Notes: generated by a model not told the origin, from the letters alone. Counted from the stretch's first letter, positions 13,664-27,274 are shown. The stretch: DNA of 64,000 nt from Octopus sinensis (GCF_006345805.1 NC_043017.1:24552001-24616000); one strand, 5' to 3'. Numbers and translations are program-made.

Positions 13664-13786
13664 GTTACTCTAATGAATGCAATGATACCGTTCCATGTGG
13701 TTGGAAAGCTTGGTGCAATAATAACTCCTGTAGCTGCCTTAACAACAACTCAGTTTTGCATGACAACAAAAGAGATTGCAGAAAAG
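13664..13786 (+). CDS. Receptor-like gene A, exon: Cys-rich EGF/EB-like module (GYSNECNDTVPCGWKAWCNNNSCSCLNNNSVLHDNKRDCRK)
   Basis: Polypyrimidine acceptor ...ttctttTAG|GT at 13663/4 and donor AAG|gtacgt at 13786/7. 123 nt, phase 1-1, open frame with 6 Cys in EGF/EB-type spacing. Confidence 0.8.
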
Positions 13787-15010
13787 GTACGTTAACAGCA
13801 ACCTTCTACAATTTCTCTCACAAAGCCTCTGTTGTTTTGTTTCCAGATATATTTTTCTTTGTCTTGTTATGGGTGGAGGCAAGACAGCAAGCTGGCAGAA
13901 TTGCTAGCATGCTGGGCGAAATGCTTAGCAGTATTTCGTGTCTTTACATTCTGAGTTCAAATTCCGCCAAGGTCAACTTTGCCTTTCATCCTTTGAGGGT
14001 CGATAGATTAAGTACCAGTTGAACTCAAAATGTAAAGACAGACCAAATACCAATAAGCATTTCGCCCGGTGTGCTAACATTTCTACCAGCTCACCACCTT
14101 CTTCCGCTATATTATATAACGCTCTACAATACTATACTGCACCCCACAGTACTATCTTGATATCCTATACTATAATGTTCTCCATACTATTTTGTTCTGT
14201 ACAATATTATATTGCACTTTACCATACTGTACAGCTGTATATACAGTAACATTCTGCCAGTTAGGTCATGTAGCATAAATTAGCAGAAAAGGAGAATTTT
14301 TGCAATGCAATAGTGACAGCTAGAAGGCCGGTCAGTTTGTACTAATATATCTTTTAGTAGATTGGACTTTTTGAGTCATACATTAAGTAGCATGAATAAG
14401 TAGAAAACAGTTCATTTACACACTTCTCTCTATTTCTCCCTTTCTCTTTATCTCTCTCAATCTCTCTTTTTTCCTCCTCCTGTCTCTTTCGCACACACAC
14501 ACACATTCGCAGTATGGAAAACAGATGTGTAATGATGATGATTGTGATGATAATGATGATGACGATGACATACATTCATATATACACATATGTATATACA
14601 CTCACACACACACACATATATATTTATATGTGCAACAACATATGTAAACAAACTTGTTTTGTCTTTTTTTGTTTTTGTTTTTGGAAGTGTCAAATGTGTA
14701 TCATACAGACAAGAAATTTAGTATTCTGAATGCAGTATAGCTATGAAAACAGCAGGAAGATTGTGTATTTTACCTTTATAAGATGGAAAAAGTGGTCAGC
14801 AAACAGCCACGGGACTCAATTTCACAGCTCTCAGATACTGGCTGAGTACTCCCATTTCCCTCTTTCTCTCTCTCTCTCAGCTTGATGGGTCTTCTTCTCA
14901 AGCACGACATAATGCCAAAGGTCTTGGTCATTACCTCCATGAGGCCCAACACTCAAAAGGAACTCAGCCACTTCGCCTCCATCAGATAAGATGGTCTTTA
15001 CATGCCAATG

Positions 15011-15330
15011 CTAGAGATTAATTGTAGATCCAATATAGTACCTAGTAGAATTGTGAAGTGTGTTATGAACCATGCATTTGTAGACAACATTAAACCTTCT
15101 GCAATGGGTTTGCAGCAGGCATCCATTCCTAGATTTGCAGTTGCAACCAGATCTATCTGGTCCATAGGAACTTGCTGTATGTGGATTGGATGCTGTACTA
15201 TTAGAGGGCATGCTAGGTTTTAGGGTAGTGTTCTTTGGCTTGCTCCCAGCATTATCACTATTATGTATGTCATTTGGACCTATAATTCTTTCCACTATAT
15301 TTCATTCAATACATTGCTCCAATAGCTGGG
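15011..15330 (-). mobile_element. Degenerate Penelope-like GIY-YIG endonuclease fragment
   Basis: Translation ...ERIIGPNDIHN...CNCKSRNGCLLQTHCRRFNVVYKCMV...YYIGST matches the PLE linker CNC..CPL..C..VVY..YIG pattern. Confidence 0.65.
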
Positions 15331-16359
15331 ATATCCCAGAAACAACTGTCAGAGATTATCTTTACCAGTTGGTACTATTTTTACCATTTGCTATGTAGCA
15401 AATTTTTTTAGATTGAATTCAATGAAATCTAATGTCCTTGTTCTGCCTTGACTAATTGTTTGCCTTTCCTCACTACTTTGACCTATATTTATATATATAT
15501 GTGTGTGTGTATGTATATATATGTGGTGTGTGTGTGTATATATATATATTTATCTATGTATATGTGTGTATGTATGTATATGTGTGTGTGTGTGAGTGTG
15601 TATAGTCATATATGTGTGTTTGAGAGTGAAAGAAAATCTGTGTCTATGTATCTCAAACAAAGGTAATACATTTCTCTAAGCCTTCCTTTACTTTTGCATA
15701 ATTAGTGACATTTGATTAACCTTTCACAGCTTCTTTAATTATACTCATGTCTGGGAACTTTACTAGTATTACTAGGATATGGCAGGTCAACCCATTCTTT
15801 TCAATTACTGCAAAACACTCTACCTGTTTGAATTAATTTTTCTCAAACTAAAACTACTCTACAAGTTCTTGTCACATTATCATTCACTCCTCCACTCCTT
15901 TTTGTTTTCGTTATTTTTTGTTTGTTTTTAATTAAAAAATGCACTGAATATTCATTATGACCATTTTTTTTATAAAGGATCTTTAAGTAAAAACACCATC
16001 TAAAAGTCCCCAATGCAATCTTTTACCTTTTTTTTTAAATCTTTTACTTGTTTCAGTCATTTGATTGCAGCCATGCAAGGGGACTGCCTTAAAGGGTTTT
16101 TAATCAAACAAATCAACCCCAAGATTTATTTTTTTAAAGCCTTGTACTTATTCTGTCGGTCTCTTTTGCCAAACTACTAACTTACGAGACATAAATACAC
16201 TAACTGCAGTTGTCAAGCAGTGGTGGGAGACAAACATTGACAGAAAGATCCATACACAAAGATATATGCATATATAGTTGCTCCCATAAATTCTAAAATA
16301 AAATTTAGAATTTACAGAGGGTCACATTTGGGAACAAAAAAGTGACAATGCAGACATAC

Positions 16360-16407
<48 letters not shown>

Positions 16408-16816
16408 TCATCATCATTATCGTTTAACATCCGTTTTCCATGCTAGCATGGGTTGGACGGTTCAACCAGGGTCTGGGAAGCCAGGAGGCTGTGCCGGTTT
16501 TCTTTTGTTGGTCCAAGGCTATAGTAGAAGACACTTGCTCAAGGTGTCACACTGTGGGAATAAACCCAGAGCCATGTGGCTAGGAACCAAGCTTCTTACC
16601 ACATAGCCATGCCTGCACCTATGCAATAATTAGAATAATTAGAAACATGTTAAGTTGCTGTACATGGCTTTTCTTTTGAATACTGAACAAGTTTTTTTTC
16701 TCTTTTTTGCATGAGAAAAAAATATGAATTGTATACGTAATTGTACAGAAAAATCAGCATTTGTATTAACAATTTCTTTATTTGACTATTTTCTCTCTCT
16801 TTTTTTTTTTTTACAG

Positions 16817-16874
16817 ATGGATGTGATCATATATCGAATTGCCTAGAATGTAATGCTGAAAATAAATGCATTCG
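16817..16874 (+). CDS. Gene A exon: start of a furin-like Cys-rich repeat (DGCDHISNCLECNAENKCIR)
   Basis: Long poly-T acceptor ttacag|AT, donor CG|gtatat, phase 1-2. C-x5-C-x2-C-x5-C pattern. Confidence 0.8.
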
Positions 16875-17009
16875 GTATATTGACGGAAATTTTATACTAA
16901 TTCATCATTCATAACATAAAACTTGCTACTTTCTTATCAGTCGATTGCCATGTCTTTTGAAAGTTGATGTGTTAGGCAGTAAATCACATTGAGACTATTT
17001 TTAGACAGC

Positions 17010-17475
17010 TGTGTGTGTGTACATGTGTGTGTGTGTGTGTACAAGTGTGTGTACATGTGTGTGTGTATGTGTACATGTGTGTGCGTGTGTACATGTGTGT
17101 GTGTACATGTGTATGTGTACATGTGTGTGTACATGTGTGTGTGTACATGTGTGTGTGTACATGTGTGTGTGTACATGTGTGTGTGTACATGTGTGTGCGT
17201 GTGTACATGTGTATGTGTACATGTGTGTGTACATGTGTGTGTGTACATGTGTGTGTGTGTACATGTGTGTATATACATGTGTGTGTGTGTACATGTGTGT
17301 GTGTACATGTGTACGTGTACATGTGTGTGTGTACATGTGTGTGTACATGTGTGTGTGCACATGTGTGTGTGCACATGTGTGTGTGCACATGTGTGTGTGC
17401 ACATGTGTGTGTGCACATGTGTGTGTGCACATGTGTGTGTGCACATGTGTGCGTGTGTGTGTGCGTGAGTGTATG
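17010..17475. repeat. (TG)n-TACA/CACA compound minisatellite
   Basis: Units of gtgtgt(gt)acat, 10-14 bp. Confidence 0.95.
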
Positions 17476-17595
17476 TGGTGGGGGTGTACCGCGTAATCAT
17501 ACCCAACCTTGCGAGATTTATTCATTCTTAGAATGGATATAAAATACAATCACATTATATCTGGTTGGGATAAGTTGCTTTAACCCTTTCATTGC

Positions 17596-18012
17596 CATTT
17601 GAGAGAAATGTTGTACCTAAGAAGCATCAGTTGTTCTGTGCAAGAGAGACGATTGCGCTGGTATGGTCATGTGGCGAGAATGGATGAAGATAGGTGTGTG
17701 AGAAAGTGCCAATCCCTAGCAGTTGAGGGAACCCGTGGAAGAGGTAGACCCAGGAAAACCTGGGACGAAGTGGTGAAGCACGACCTTCGGACGTTAGGTC
17801 TCACCATGGAAATGACTAGAGACCGAGACCTATGGAAGTATGCTGTGCGTGAGAAGACCCGGCAAGACTAGTGAAGCCATAAATCCGTGGCCCCTACCTG
17901 GGACGTAGTCAGTCCACCTGTGCATACCTTCCTTCTTGTGACACTTGTGAAGACCTGTTGAGGCAAGTGAGAATCGAATCGAATCAAATCAAATCAAATC
18001 GAACCAAATCAA
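17596..18012 (+). mobile_element. Young RTE LINE 3' end with (AAATC)n tail
   Basis: ERRLRWYGHVARMDEDRCV...GRGRPRKTWDEVV...DRDLW, with an intact 3' UTR. Confidence 0.9.
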
Positions 18013-18432
18013 AATAGATGAACATCAATGGAATTTGTATCCTTGTGGTACCAGTGCCGGTGGCACATAAGAAAACCATCCGAACGTGATCGTAGCCAGT
18101 ACCGCAACGACTGGCCTCCGTGCTGAGGGCACGTAACAAACACCATCCGAGCGTGGCCGTCCGCCAGCCCCGTCTGGCACCTGTGTCGGTGGTACATAAA
18201 AAACACCATCCGAGCGTGGCCGTCTGCCAGCCTCGTCTGGCACCTGTGTCGGTGGCACATAAAATCACCCACTACACTCTCGGAGTGGTTGGCGTTAGGA
18301 AGGGCATCCAGCTGTAGAAACACTGCCAGATCTGACTGGCCTGGTGCAGCCTTCGGGCTTGCCAGACCCCAGTTGAACCGTCCAACCCATGCTAGCATGG
18401 AAAGCGGACGTTAAACGATGATGATGATGATG
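18013..18432 (+). mobile_element. SINE-like element with internal about 60-bp tandem repeats and a (GAT)n tail
   Basis: The unit caccatccgagcgtggccgtc...ggtggcacat is repeated. Relatives lie at about 6640-6940 (-), 12170-12480 and 24390-24600. Confidence 0.7.
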
Positions 18433-19071
18433 ATGATATATACGATGGGCTTCTTTCAGTTTCCGTCTACCAAATTCACTCACAAGGCTTAGGTCAGCCC
18501 GAGGCTATAGTAGAAGACACTTGCCCAAAGTGCCGCGCAGTGGGACTGAACCCGGAACCATGTGGTTGGTAAGCAAGCTACTTACCACACAGCCACTCCT
18601 GCGCCTATAGTATTAAAAAGGATTAAAAAGATGATGAAAAATCCTCAATTAGTCTGGGAGTGTTGATCCATTTATAATTCTTGGATCTAAGCCATCCAGA
18701 AGATGACTCAAGTTGAACGGCATGGAAAAAACATAAAAAAAACAAAACAAATATAGAACCTAAAATAAAATTTTACTCTTAAACTTTTTATGGAATTTTT
18801 TCTCTTTTCCAAAATTCTGTTGTGTGATAAGAAGTTTGCTTCCCAAACACATGGTTCTGGGTTCAGTCCCATTGCATGGCATCTTGGGCAAGTGTCTTCC
18901 ATAGACCCTGGCTGACCTAAGCCTTGTGAGTGAAATTGGTAGGTGGAAACTGGAAGAAGCCCATCATGTATGTGTGTGTGTGTATGTATATATATAAGGA
19001 TATTACTATTAATAATTTACAATAATATCAGTGACTAGCATGCGTAAAAGAATCATAAAAGCAAAATTATC

Positions 19072-19324
19072 AATTAATATTGAAGGGTACCACTTGTAGC
19101 ACCAGCATGCTAAAGATAGCAGTCAAAACTACTCAAAACCACAGTTTTCATTTGTACACAAGAGTGAAATGAAGGGAACGGGCAGTAAAATTCTAAGGCC
19201 CTGTACCATAGACTCCCATTCCCTCGATTTCGCCTTTGTGTACAAGGGAAACTGTGGTTTTGAGTTATTTTCATTGCTTTCTTTAGCATACTGGTGCTAC
19301 AAGTGGCATCCTTCATTATTAATT
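19072..19324. repeat. Foldback/MITE-like inverted repeat (about 90-bp arms, about 75-nt spacer)
   Basis: aattaatattgaagggtaccacttgtagcaccag...gtacacaa vs ttgtgtac...ctggtgctacaagtggcatccttcattattaatt. Confidence 0.75.
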
Positions 19325-19509
19325 TTTACATATATATGGCGCAGGAGTGGCTGTGTGGTAAGTAGCTTGTTTACCAACCACATGGTTCTGGGTTCAGTCC
19401 CACTGCGTGGCACCTTGGGGAAAGTGTCTTCTACTATAGCCTTGGGCCGGCCAAAGCCTTGTGAGTGGATTTGGTAGACGGAAACTGAAAGAAGCCTGTC
19501 GTATATATG

Positions 19510-19540
<31 letters not shown>

Positions 19541-19727
19541 TTGTGTCTGTGTTTGTCCCCCTAGCATTGCTTGACAACCGTTACTTAGCGGTTCGGCAAA
19601 AGAGGCCGATAGAATAAGTACTGGGCTTACAAAAGAATAAGCCCTGGGGTCGAGTTGCTCGATTAAAAAGGCGGTGCTCCAGCATGGCCGCAGTCAAATG
19701 ACTGAAACAAGTAAAAGAGTAAAACAG

Positions 19728-19760
<33 letters not shown>

Positions 19761-21388
19761 TAAGGGAGTTCAAAAGGGGTCTCAGGGAGTAGCGTCCCTC
19801 CTTCCTGAGCTAGTTTGCCACCACATTTCTTAAAAGTTGTGGTAGAGGCTTTGGTCTCGGGACCATTTATGTCTAGAAACTGAGGCTGAAGGTAAGCAAG
19901 AGCATGTTCTCCATAGAAAATGATACAATATTTGGCATTCTAACAAAACAACCATGTTAAGTTGGATATAGAGATTGCTTTTTGATATAAAACTACATTA
20001 TGCTATATACCCTTCTTTTCTTTTTAAGAAGAAAGGATGTTATTTAAAGATTTGGCTGCTATTCTTAGTCAATTGGACAAACAAAACATTCTCTTCAGTA
20101 ATGATATGAACATCATAACTCTTAAAATCAATAGATGAATCATACAGTGATAGACATCTGATAACAAAAATAAAAAAAAAGGGGGGGGATCAAGCAGTTA
20201 GTTTTGGTTATTGCAATAACATGTGATAAATAAAGACAAATGTATAGATTGATGCCACATTTTATTAGTTTTCATTTTGTTGAAGCTTTGTTGTGTTGAT
20301 GGCCATAAAAAGTGTGTTACAGCAGTTAAGCAACAGCAAGTTGTATCCAATGTATTAAGTAGATAGATGTTTAAACTTAGTAAATGGCTCAGCCATTAGC
20401 AGCAAACAGCAAATGCCACAGATTGATAAATTAGAATTTTCTTTGTATATTGTATTGGGTGTACTTATTTATTTTATACTATTGATATGAAGGTGCATGG
20501 CTTAGTGGTTAGGGGTATTCAGCTCACAATCGTTAGGTGGTGGGTTCAATTCCCAGTGGTATGTTGTGTCCTTGAGCAAGACACTTTATTTTACGTTGCT
20601 CCTGTCCACCCAACTGGCGAAAATGAGTTGTGCCTGTAATTCAAAGGACCAGCCTTGTCACATTATGTGTCACACTGAATCTGAAAGTATGTGTGTCTGT
20701 GGAGTACTCAGCCACTTGCTTGTTAATTTCATGAACAAGCCATTCCATTGATCAAATCAGTGGAGGAGACTATTGATATGATTTTAAACTACATTCAGTT
20801 GTAGGACCCTGGTTTAGTACTTCTAAGGTCTTTGAAGAATTATGGAACTCCCTCTTAGTCACTATTGTTCTCAGGTCGACTCTCTGCGCCAGTGTAGTAG
20901 CACCTGTCAGCATCCCATCAATGGATTAATTAACTTATTGGGGCTTGCCTACCTATACATGTAAAGACTAGATCTGGTGGAATCTGTGAAAGAAACCTTT
21001 GTGGTTCAATGAAGGGGAAGGTGACTGCAGCAATGCATTGTAGAGTAGAGGGAGCAAGGTGAGGCTAGGTGATCCACTGCATCCATCTCCATCCCTAGTT
21101 GTCTTGACTCGGATTTGCCACTGTGAAGTCAGTGAAATTATAGTCATGGCAGATACTGGTACCATGCAACTGGCACCCATGCTGGTGGTACGTAAAAGTA
21201 CCCATTACACTCTTGGAGTGGTTAGCATTAAGATGTGCATCCAGCCATAGAAACCAGGCCAAATCAGACTGGAGTCTGGTACAACCCCTCAGCTTACAAG
21301 CTCTAGTCAAACTGTCCAAGTCATGCCAGTATGGACAACAGACATTAAATGTTGGTGATAATGATGATGATGAGTCAGAAAACAGCAC

Positions 21389-21600
21389 AGCTCCCATGAC
21401 TTTCGGAAACATTTTTTCACGCTCAGGGTTGCTGAAGTGTGGAATAAACTGCCTGCATCAGTTGTTGACTGCCATGACACTGCATCCTTTAAGGCCCTCA
21501 TGCTTCCCGAAATCTGTCGAAACTACACCTGATTATATATACACTTTAGATGAGTTGTAGTGCACCTGAGCACTGTACACAATTATTATTATTATTATTA
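21389..21600 (+). mobile_element. CR1/L2-type LINE 3' end with (ATT)n tail
   Basis: RKHFFTLRVAEVWNKLPASVV...FKAL. Confidence 0.8.
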
Positions 21601-21825
21601 TGATGAAAAGTTTAGGTTGACTATAAATTTTTATGCTCTCTAAATGTCAGATTATAAGGAAGGAAGTATTAAAGACTAAAAAATAAAAAATAAAAGTACC
21701 AATCGAGCCCTGGGGTCAATGTAACTGACTTATCTCCCCCACCCCCACCTCGAAATTGCTGGCCCTGTGCCAAAATAGGAAAACATTAATATCAACACCC
21801 TTATTGGCTTTTTCTCTTTCTATAG

Positions 21826-21929
21826 CTGTGTTAATTTTATCGACGAAACTACTCATACCTGTTTGGACAGCTGTAACGGAGTTTCTCAAGTTTCTCTGCA
21901 CGGACCTCTGCAGGGTATTCTTTGTAATG
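21826..21929 (+). CDS. Gene A exon: rest of the furin-like repeat (CVNFIDETTHTCLDSCNGVSQVSLHGPLQGILCN)
   Basis: Acceptor tctttctatag|C, donor AATG|gtaagt. Phase 2-1 matches the previous exon and completes the C..C.......C...C pattern. Confidence 0.85.
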
Positions 21930-22399
21930 GTAAGTGATTGACTTTGTTTTTTTTTGTTTTTTTCATCATATATTCCCAGGCCTGTTCTGACCAGACAGAC
22001 GCACGATTAAAGCCTTGAGTTATCAAGAACAATGTAGAGCCTACTGAGAAAGCATTCAAATGATTTTGGATGCAAAAAAAGATGACCAGTGGTGTCTATA
22101 GGATGACGCTTGGACACAGGCCTAGGCTTGACCGACCCACGTTGGGTCACCTTACTAAGGGTGTAAGGATGCAAGGCTCAAAAATAACCAGTAATTCCAA
22201 GTTACAATACTGATCGTTGTGTCCACATATTGCAACTGTTTGTCTATGTTGAACTGGTTCAATAAAGATTCACAGCAAATATTCAATCTGTACACAAATG
22301 GTTTCTCAGATTTTAAAAGTTATCAAATGAATTAGCAATCATTATTTGAGGCAGATTTGGTAATTATTCGTAATGGGTTGTTTGTGTATTTGGAGTGTG

Positions 22400-22557
22400 T
22401 GTGTGTATATATATATATAATATATATGTGTGTGTGTGTGTGCATATATGTATGTTTATATATATGTACATTATATATATATTTATATATATATATATGT
22501 GTGTGTATATATATGTATATATGTATATATATATATATATGTGTATATATATATGTA

Positions 22558-22610
<53 letters not shown>

Positions 22611-22850
22611 TGTGTGTGTATATATGTATATATGTATATATATATATATATGTGTATATATATGTATATATGTATATATATATATAATATATATATATAT
22701 ATATGCATATATGTATGTTTATATATATGTACATTATATATATATATATATATATGTGTGTGTATATATATATATATGTGTTGTGTGTGTGTGTATAAAT
22801 ATATATATATATATATACATGTATGTGTGTGTGTGTGCGTGCGTGCATGT
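22400..22850. repeat. (TA)n/(TG)n microsatellite field (similar fields at about 1720-2190, 5540-5900, 51000-51330, 52020-52260, 52630-53250)
   Basis: Direct inspection. These fields explain the YI/CV/HT-rich ORFs in the track. Confidence 0.95.
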
Positions 22851-23022
22851 CCTTAAGTTTATAAAAATGTGCTATGCAATACAATATAATTGATTTTTAA
22901 AGATTTTCCTATATATGTTTCTGATTATCTAATTGTAATCTACCAGCCAAAATCTCAGTTGTTACATCATTTTTATAATGATTTTTAAAAATGTCTGTAT
23001 TTCTTTGTTTTTCTTTGTCTAG

Positions 23023-23134
23023 AATCTCTAATCAACACGAGTCTATGGATCGGTTTAGGGGCTGGTTGTGGTGCTGGCATCATACTCTGCCTGCTGGTTC
23101 TACTGGCTGTGTTTGCCTGCAAAAAAAAGAAAAA
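23023..23134 (+). CDS. Gene A exon: transmembrane helix plus basic stop-transfer (ESLINTSLWIGLGAGCGAGIILCLLVLLAVFACKKKK)
   Basis: Acceptor ttgtctag|AA, donor AAAA|gtaagg, phase 1-2. About 24 hydrophobic residues followed by poly-Lys. Confidence 0.9.
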
Positions 23135-23439
23135 GTAAGGCTAAGTAATAATATATTCTGGAAACCTTATTTGTTACCTGTTGTTTTTGTCTAAATAAGT
23201 ATAACATCCATTTTGACTTGTTTTTTGTTTTTTCTCTGTAAAGTGGTTGGTGTTAGGACAAGGCAATTACGGCCACAAAACCTATGCCAAAACAGACAGT
23301 GAAAGTTGGTGCAGTCCTCTGGCTTGCCAGCTCCTGTCAAATGATCCAACCCCTGCCAAGCATGGAAGACAGATGTTAATTGATGATGATGTATGCGTAT
23401 GGCGATGTTCCAGTAGCATGAAGAGTGCACTGGGAAAGC

Positions 23440-23760
23440 TTTCTTGAGAAGACCAATGTCGCAGTCTCTGCAGCACTAACTCTCATCCCTGTCTTGCAGT
23501 ATTCAACAGCAGATCCATTCAGTGTATGCCGGAAATCACCTGATGAGCCAAGGAGCACCATGTTGTCATCAAATATAATCAGCTTACTCGGATCAGTTGT
23601 GATACTACCACTTACACAATGGCTGTGTATGTCAATCCAGTTCATAAAAAATATGAAAAGGAGAGGTAACAATACACCTCCTTGTCAAAGTCCAACACCC
23701 ATGTTGAAAGGTTTTGACTTGGTATTATTTACCTGAACACAAACATCTGTTTTGGCATGG
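23440..23760 (-). mobile_element. Degenerate non-LTR reverse transcriptase fragment
   Basis: QGGVLLPLLFIFFM...LIIFDDNMVLLGSS...TGMRVS resembles RT motifs QG..LSPLLF and FADD. Confidence 0.7.
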
Positions 23761-24840
23761 TTTCTATAACTGGATACCCTTCTTAATGCCAACCACTTCA
23801 CAGAATGAACTGGGTGCTTTTACGCAGTTCCAGGACAGGTACTTTTACATGGCTCCGGCACAGGTGCTTTTTATATGGCATCAGCACCCTTGAGCTCACA
23901 AGATTAGGGATCACTCAGCTGAAGAGGGATGCAGGGGACATGCCTGTATTTAAGGACATTGTTTTAATGTTAATTTTTTTATGCTTGCATGAATCAGATG
24001 GACTTTGATGAGAGATTTTCTATGGCTAGAAGCTCTTCTTGTTGGCAATCCTCCCATGTTTTCATGAATGAGAGGAAACGAATGACACTAATGCTCACTT
24101 ACAACTATCATGTGATGTCCAGACAAAGAGTTGCTTCCAAACCACATGGTTCTGGGCTCAGCTCCACTGTGTGGAATCTTACACTATAGCCTCTAGCCTT
24201 GGGTCAACCAAAGCCTTATGAGTGAATTTGGTAGACAGGCACTGAAAGAAGTTCATCATATATATGTGTGTTTGTGTTTGTCATGCATCTCAGTGGTTCT
24301 CAACTAGGGTCCACATGACCCTTAGGGGTCCACATAAGGTTTTGTTAAAGTTTATATGCAATAGATCAATTATACTTCTACAACGCCGTTGCCAGTACCG
24401 CCTGACTGGCCCGCATGCTGGTGGTACATAAAAGCACCTACTACACTCTCAGAGTGGATGGTGTTAGGAAGGGCATCCAGCTGTAGAAACTCTGCCAGAT
24501 CAGATTGGAGCCTAGTGCAGCCATCTGGTTCACCAGACCTCAGTCAAATCGTCCAACCCATGCTAGCATGGAAAGCGGACGTTAAACGATGATGATGATG
24601 ACAACACACAAAATATTTCAACAATTTTTTTTCATACAGTTCCTAAATATTTGATTATAAAAAATATAAGATTTTTTAAACATTGGATGGTTATGAGGAT
24701 CCACCTGAGTAAATAAGAATCAAAGGAATCCATAGGTGTAGAACAGTTGGGAAACACTGATTTGTCTATCATTTCTGTTAATAGTCTTTCTTTTTTTATT
24801 GTACTTTGTGATAACACCTTTTTTTATATATCAATAACAG

Positions 24841-24904
24841 GCAAAGTGCAAACTTTCAAGAAAACCTAAAAAGCAGACATCTTCCAAATGAAAAAATTAG
24901 GAAG
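24841..24904 (+). CDS. Gene A exon: juxtamembrane segment (QSANFQENLKSRHLPNEKIRK)
   Basis: Acceptor aataacag|G, donor AAG|gtaagc, phase 2-0, open frame. Confidence 0.8.
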
Positions 24905-25205
24905 GTAAGCCATTTTTTTTTTCCTCTAGAAGTTTGCATTTTTTGAGAAGTTTCTAAATTGGTGTATTTCATGGATTTATTTTAAAGATATTCTTTATTG
25001 AATTTTTTTTTTTCAAACTTATATTATGCATTTCATAAACAATAGTTGCTTCCCAACCACATGATTCCAGGTTCAGTCCCACTGCAAAGCATTTTGGACA
25101 AGTGTCTTCTACTATAGCCTTGGGACAACTAAAACATTTTACATGGATTTGGTTGGCAGCAACAGAAAGAAGCCCATCATACACGTTTTGTGTATGTGTG
25201 TGTGT

Positions 25206-25236
<31 letters not shown>

Positions 25237-25639
25237 GGTGTGGCTATGTGGCAAGAATTTTGCTTCCCAACCATATGGTTCTAGATTGTGTGGCATCTTG
25301 GGCGGTTGTCTTCTATTTTAACTTCTGACCAACCAAAGCCTTGTAAGTGGATTTAGTTGATGGAAACTGAAAGAGGCCCATCCTATGTGTGTATGTGTGT
25401 GTGCATGCATGCCTTTAAGTTTGTCCACCATCAACACTTAACAACCAGTGTTGGTTTGTTTATGTTCCCATAACTGAGTGGCACAACAAAAAGAAGCAGA
25501 TAGAATAAGTACCAGGCTTTAAAAATAATTACAAGTACTTAGGTTGACTTGCTTGACAAAAAAACTTCAAGGTGCTGCCCTAGCACAGCCGCAGTCCAAT
25601 GACTCAAAATAAAAGCATTTCTTGCAATAGGTCTTTAAC

Positions 25640-25967
25640 AGCCCAATCATTATTTTAGTATCACGTGATCACGTGACCGACCAGGCCATCAGATGTTGCT
25701 ACACATCGCTGGTCACATTGCATTTCGCGTAGGTTTAGCCTTCGAATGACGCCACCCCACTGGCAAAGCGAGTAGGCCAACAGAAGAAAGAGTGAGAGAA
25801 AATTGTGGTAAAAGAGTACAGCAGGGATCACCACCACTCCCTGCCGGAGCCTCTTGGAGATTGAGGTGTTTTCGCTCAATAAACACTCACAACACCTGGT
25901 CTGGGAATCGAAACCATGATCCTATGACCGTGAGTCCGCTGCCCTAACCACTGGGTCATTGCACCTC
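25640..25967 (-). mobile_element. tRNA-derived SINE, third family (also about 3826-4110 -)
   Basis: Head ggaggtgcaatgacccagtggttagggcagcggactc...ggtttcgattcc. Confidence 0.7.
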
Positions 25968-26097
25968 CTATTTCAACACACATGTATGTACATATGTATG
26001 TACATACAGATAGATAGATTGATACGCATACACACACACGCATACATAATTGTTCTGACTTTTTGTTAATTAGACATGTCTGTCTTTCTATTTTCAG

Positions 26098-26125
26098 ATA
26101 CCAGTGTTCGACAATAAGGGCTATG
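26098..26125 (+). CDS. Gene A 28-nt exon (IPVFDNKGY)
   Basis: Acceptor ctattttcag|ATA, donor ATG|gtaagt, phase 0-1. Confidence 0.8.
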
Positions 26126-27172
26126 GTAAGTATTTCTACAGAAATATTTAAATCCAATAATTGCAAAAAAAAAAAAAATCAATATTTGTCTTCTTTCCTC
26201 ATTACCAGTTAAAGGTTCCTTCCTGAGCTTTAGACTCGTAAGGCAGGTTTACCGGATTCTGTGGCAGCTATTTCATCCCCACTACCTGGGCAGAATACCA
26301 GTTCGTCAGAGGATTACTCATCGTGGAATGAAGTGCTTTGCTCAAGAACACAAAGCATTGCCTGGTCCAGGAATTGAAAACGCAATCTTATGATCATGAA
26401 TGCCTCCATTACCAGTAGACATTATAACGCTGTGTAACACGATTTTTGTCCTTGGGTTGCAACTGTTATTTCCTATGTGCTTACCCTAGAAAGTATGAAA
26501 AGGCTAATATTTCCTTCAAACTTTGCTTTTATTACATTTATTCAAATTCCTAAGAATCCCTTTCAACACATGGCTGTGATGTTCCCCTATTACTCCTGCT
26601 CATGATCAGAGATCAGCCGCTAAGCGACATACTCAAATGGTTATGGTCAAGCAACCAATAAGCAGATTTATGGTGTTCAGCAGAATATTTGCTATAATGA
26701 TATTTCTGCTTCAGCATCTCAGCACTGAATCTGTCTGAAATGTAATGGAAAATAGGTCAGTTTGAAAACATTGATGTCCAGGTCAGAAAAGCAAAGTTTG
26801 AAGGGAATGGTTGTCATTTCTTTTGATTTCTAGATGGAAACAAATAGGAAATAACACTTACCGACCGAAGACAAAATTAAAATTTTGTTACGCAGTCTAA
26901 TTTAATATCAAACCAGTGAGAGAACCTTGGCTTAGTAGAAATAGCAGTCATGCCTCCTTTAAATCACACTCACACTCTGCCCACTGAAAAAAAAGGAAGG
27001 TCCACTGGCAATAAACATATGGTCATAGATATACAAAAAGAGGAGAAAAATACGACAATGATGAAAGGTGCTTTCTTGTAACACTTATCTAACCTTCACA
27101 CATTTATTTATTTCTCCTTCATTCTCTCTCTCTATCTATCTATCTATCTATTTATCTGTATATATATGTATG

Positions 27173-27226
<54 letters not shown>

Positions 27227-27242
27227 GAGAGAGAGAGATAGA

Positions 27243-27274
<32 letters not shown>

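Noticed and set aside
18020-18260. Regularly spaced about 60-bp repeats, superficially CRISPR-like
   Set aside because: They are contiguous tandem units inside a SINE, with no unique spacers, in a eukaryotic context with no cas genes.
22357-22893. Long YI/CV/HT-rich ORFs here and at about 1650-2010, 5680-5890, 16937-17549, 51000-51420, 51843-53264
   Set aside because: They are translations of (TA)n/(TG)n microsatellites, open in several frames on both strands.
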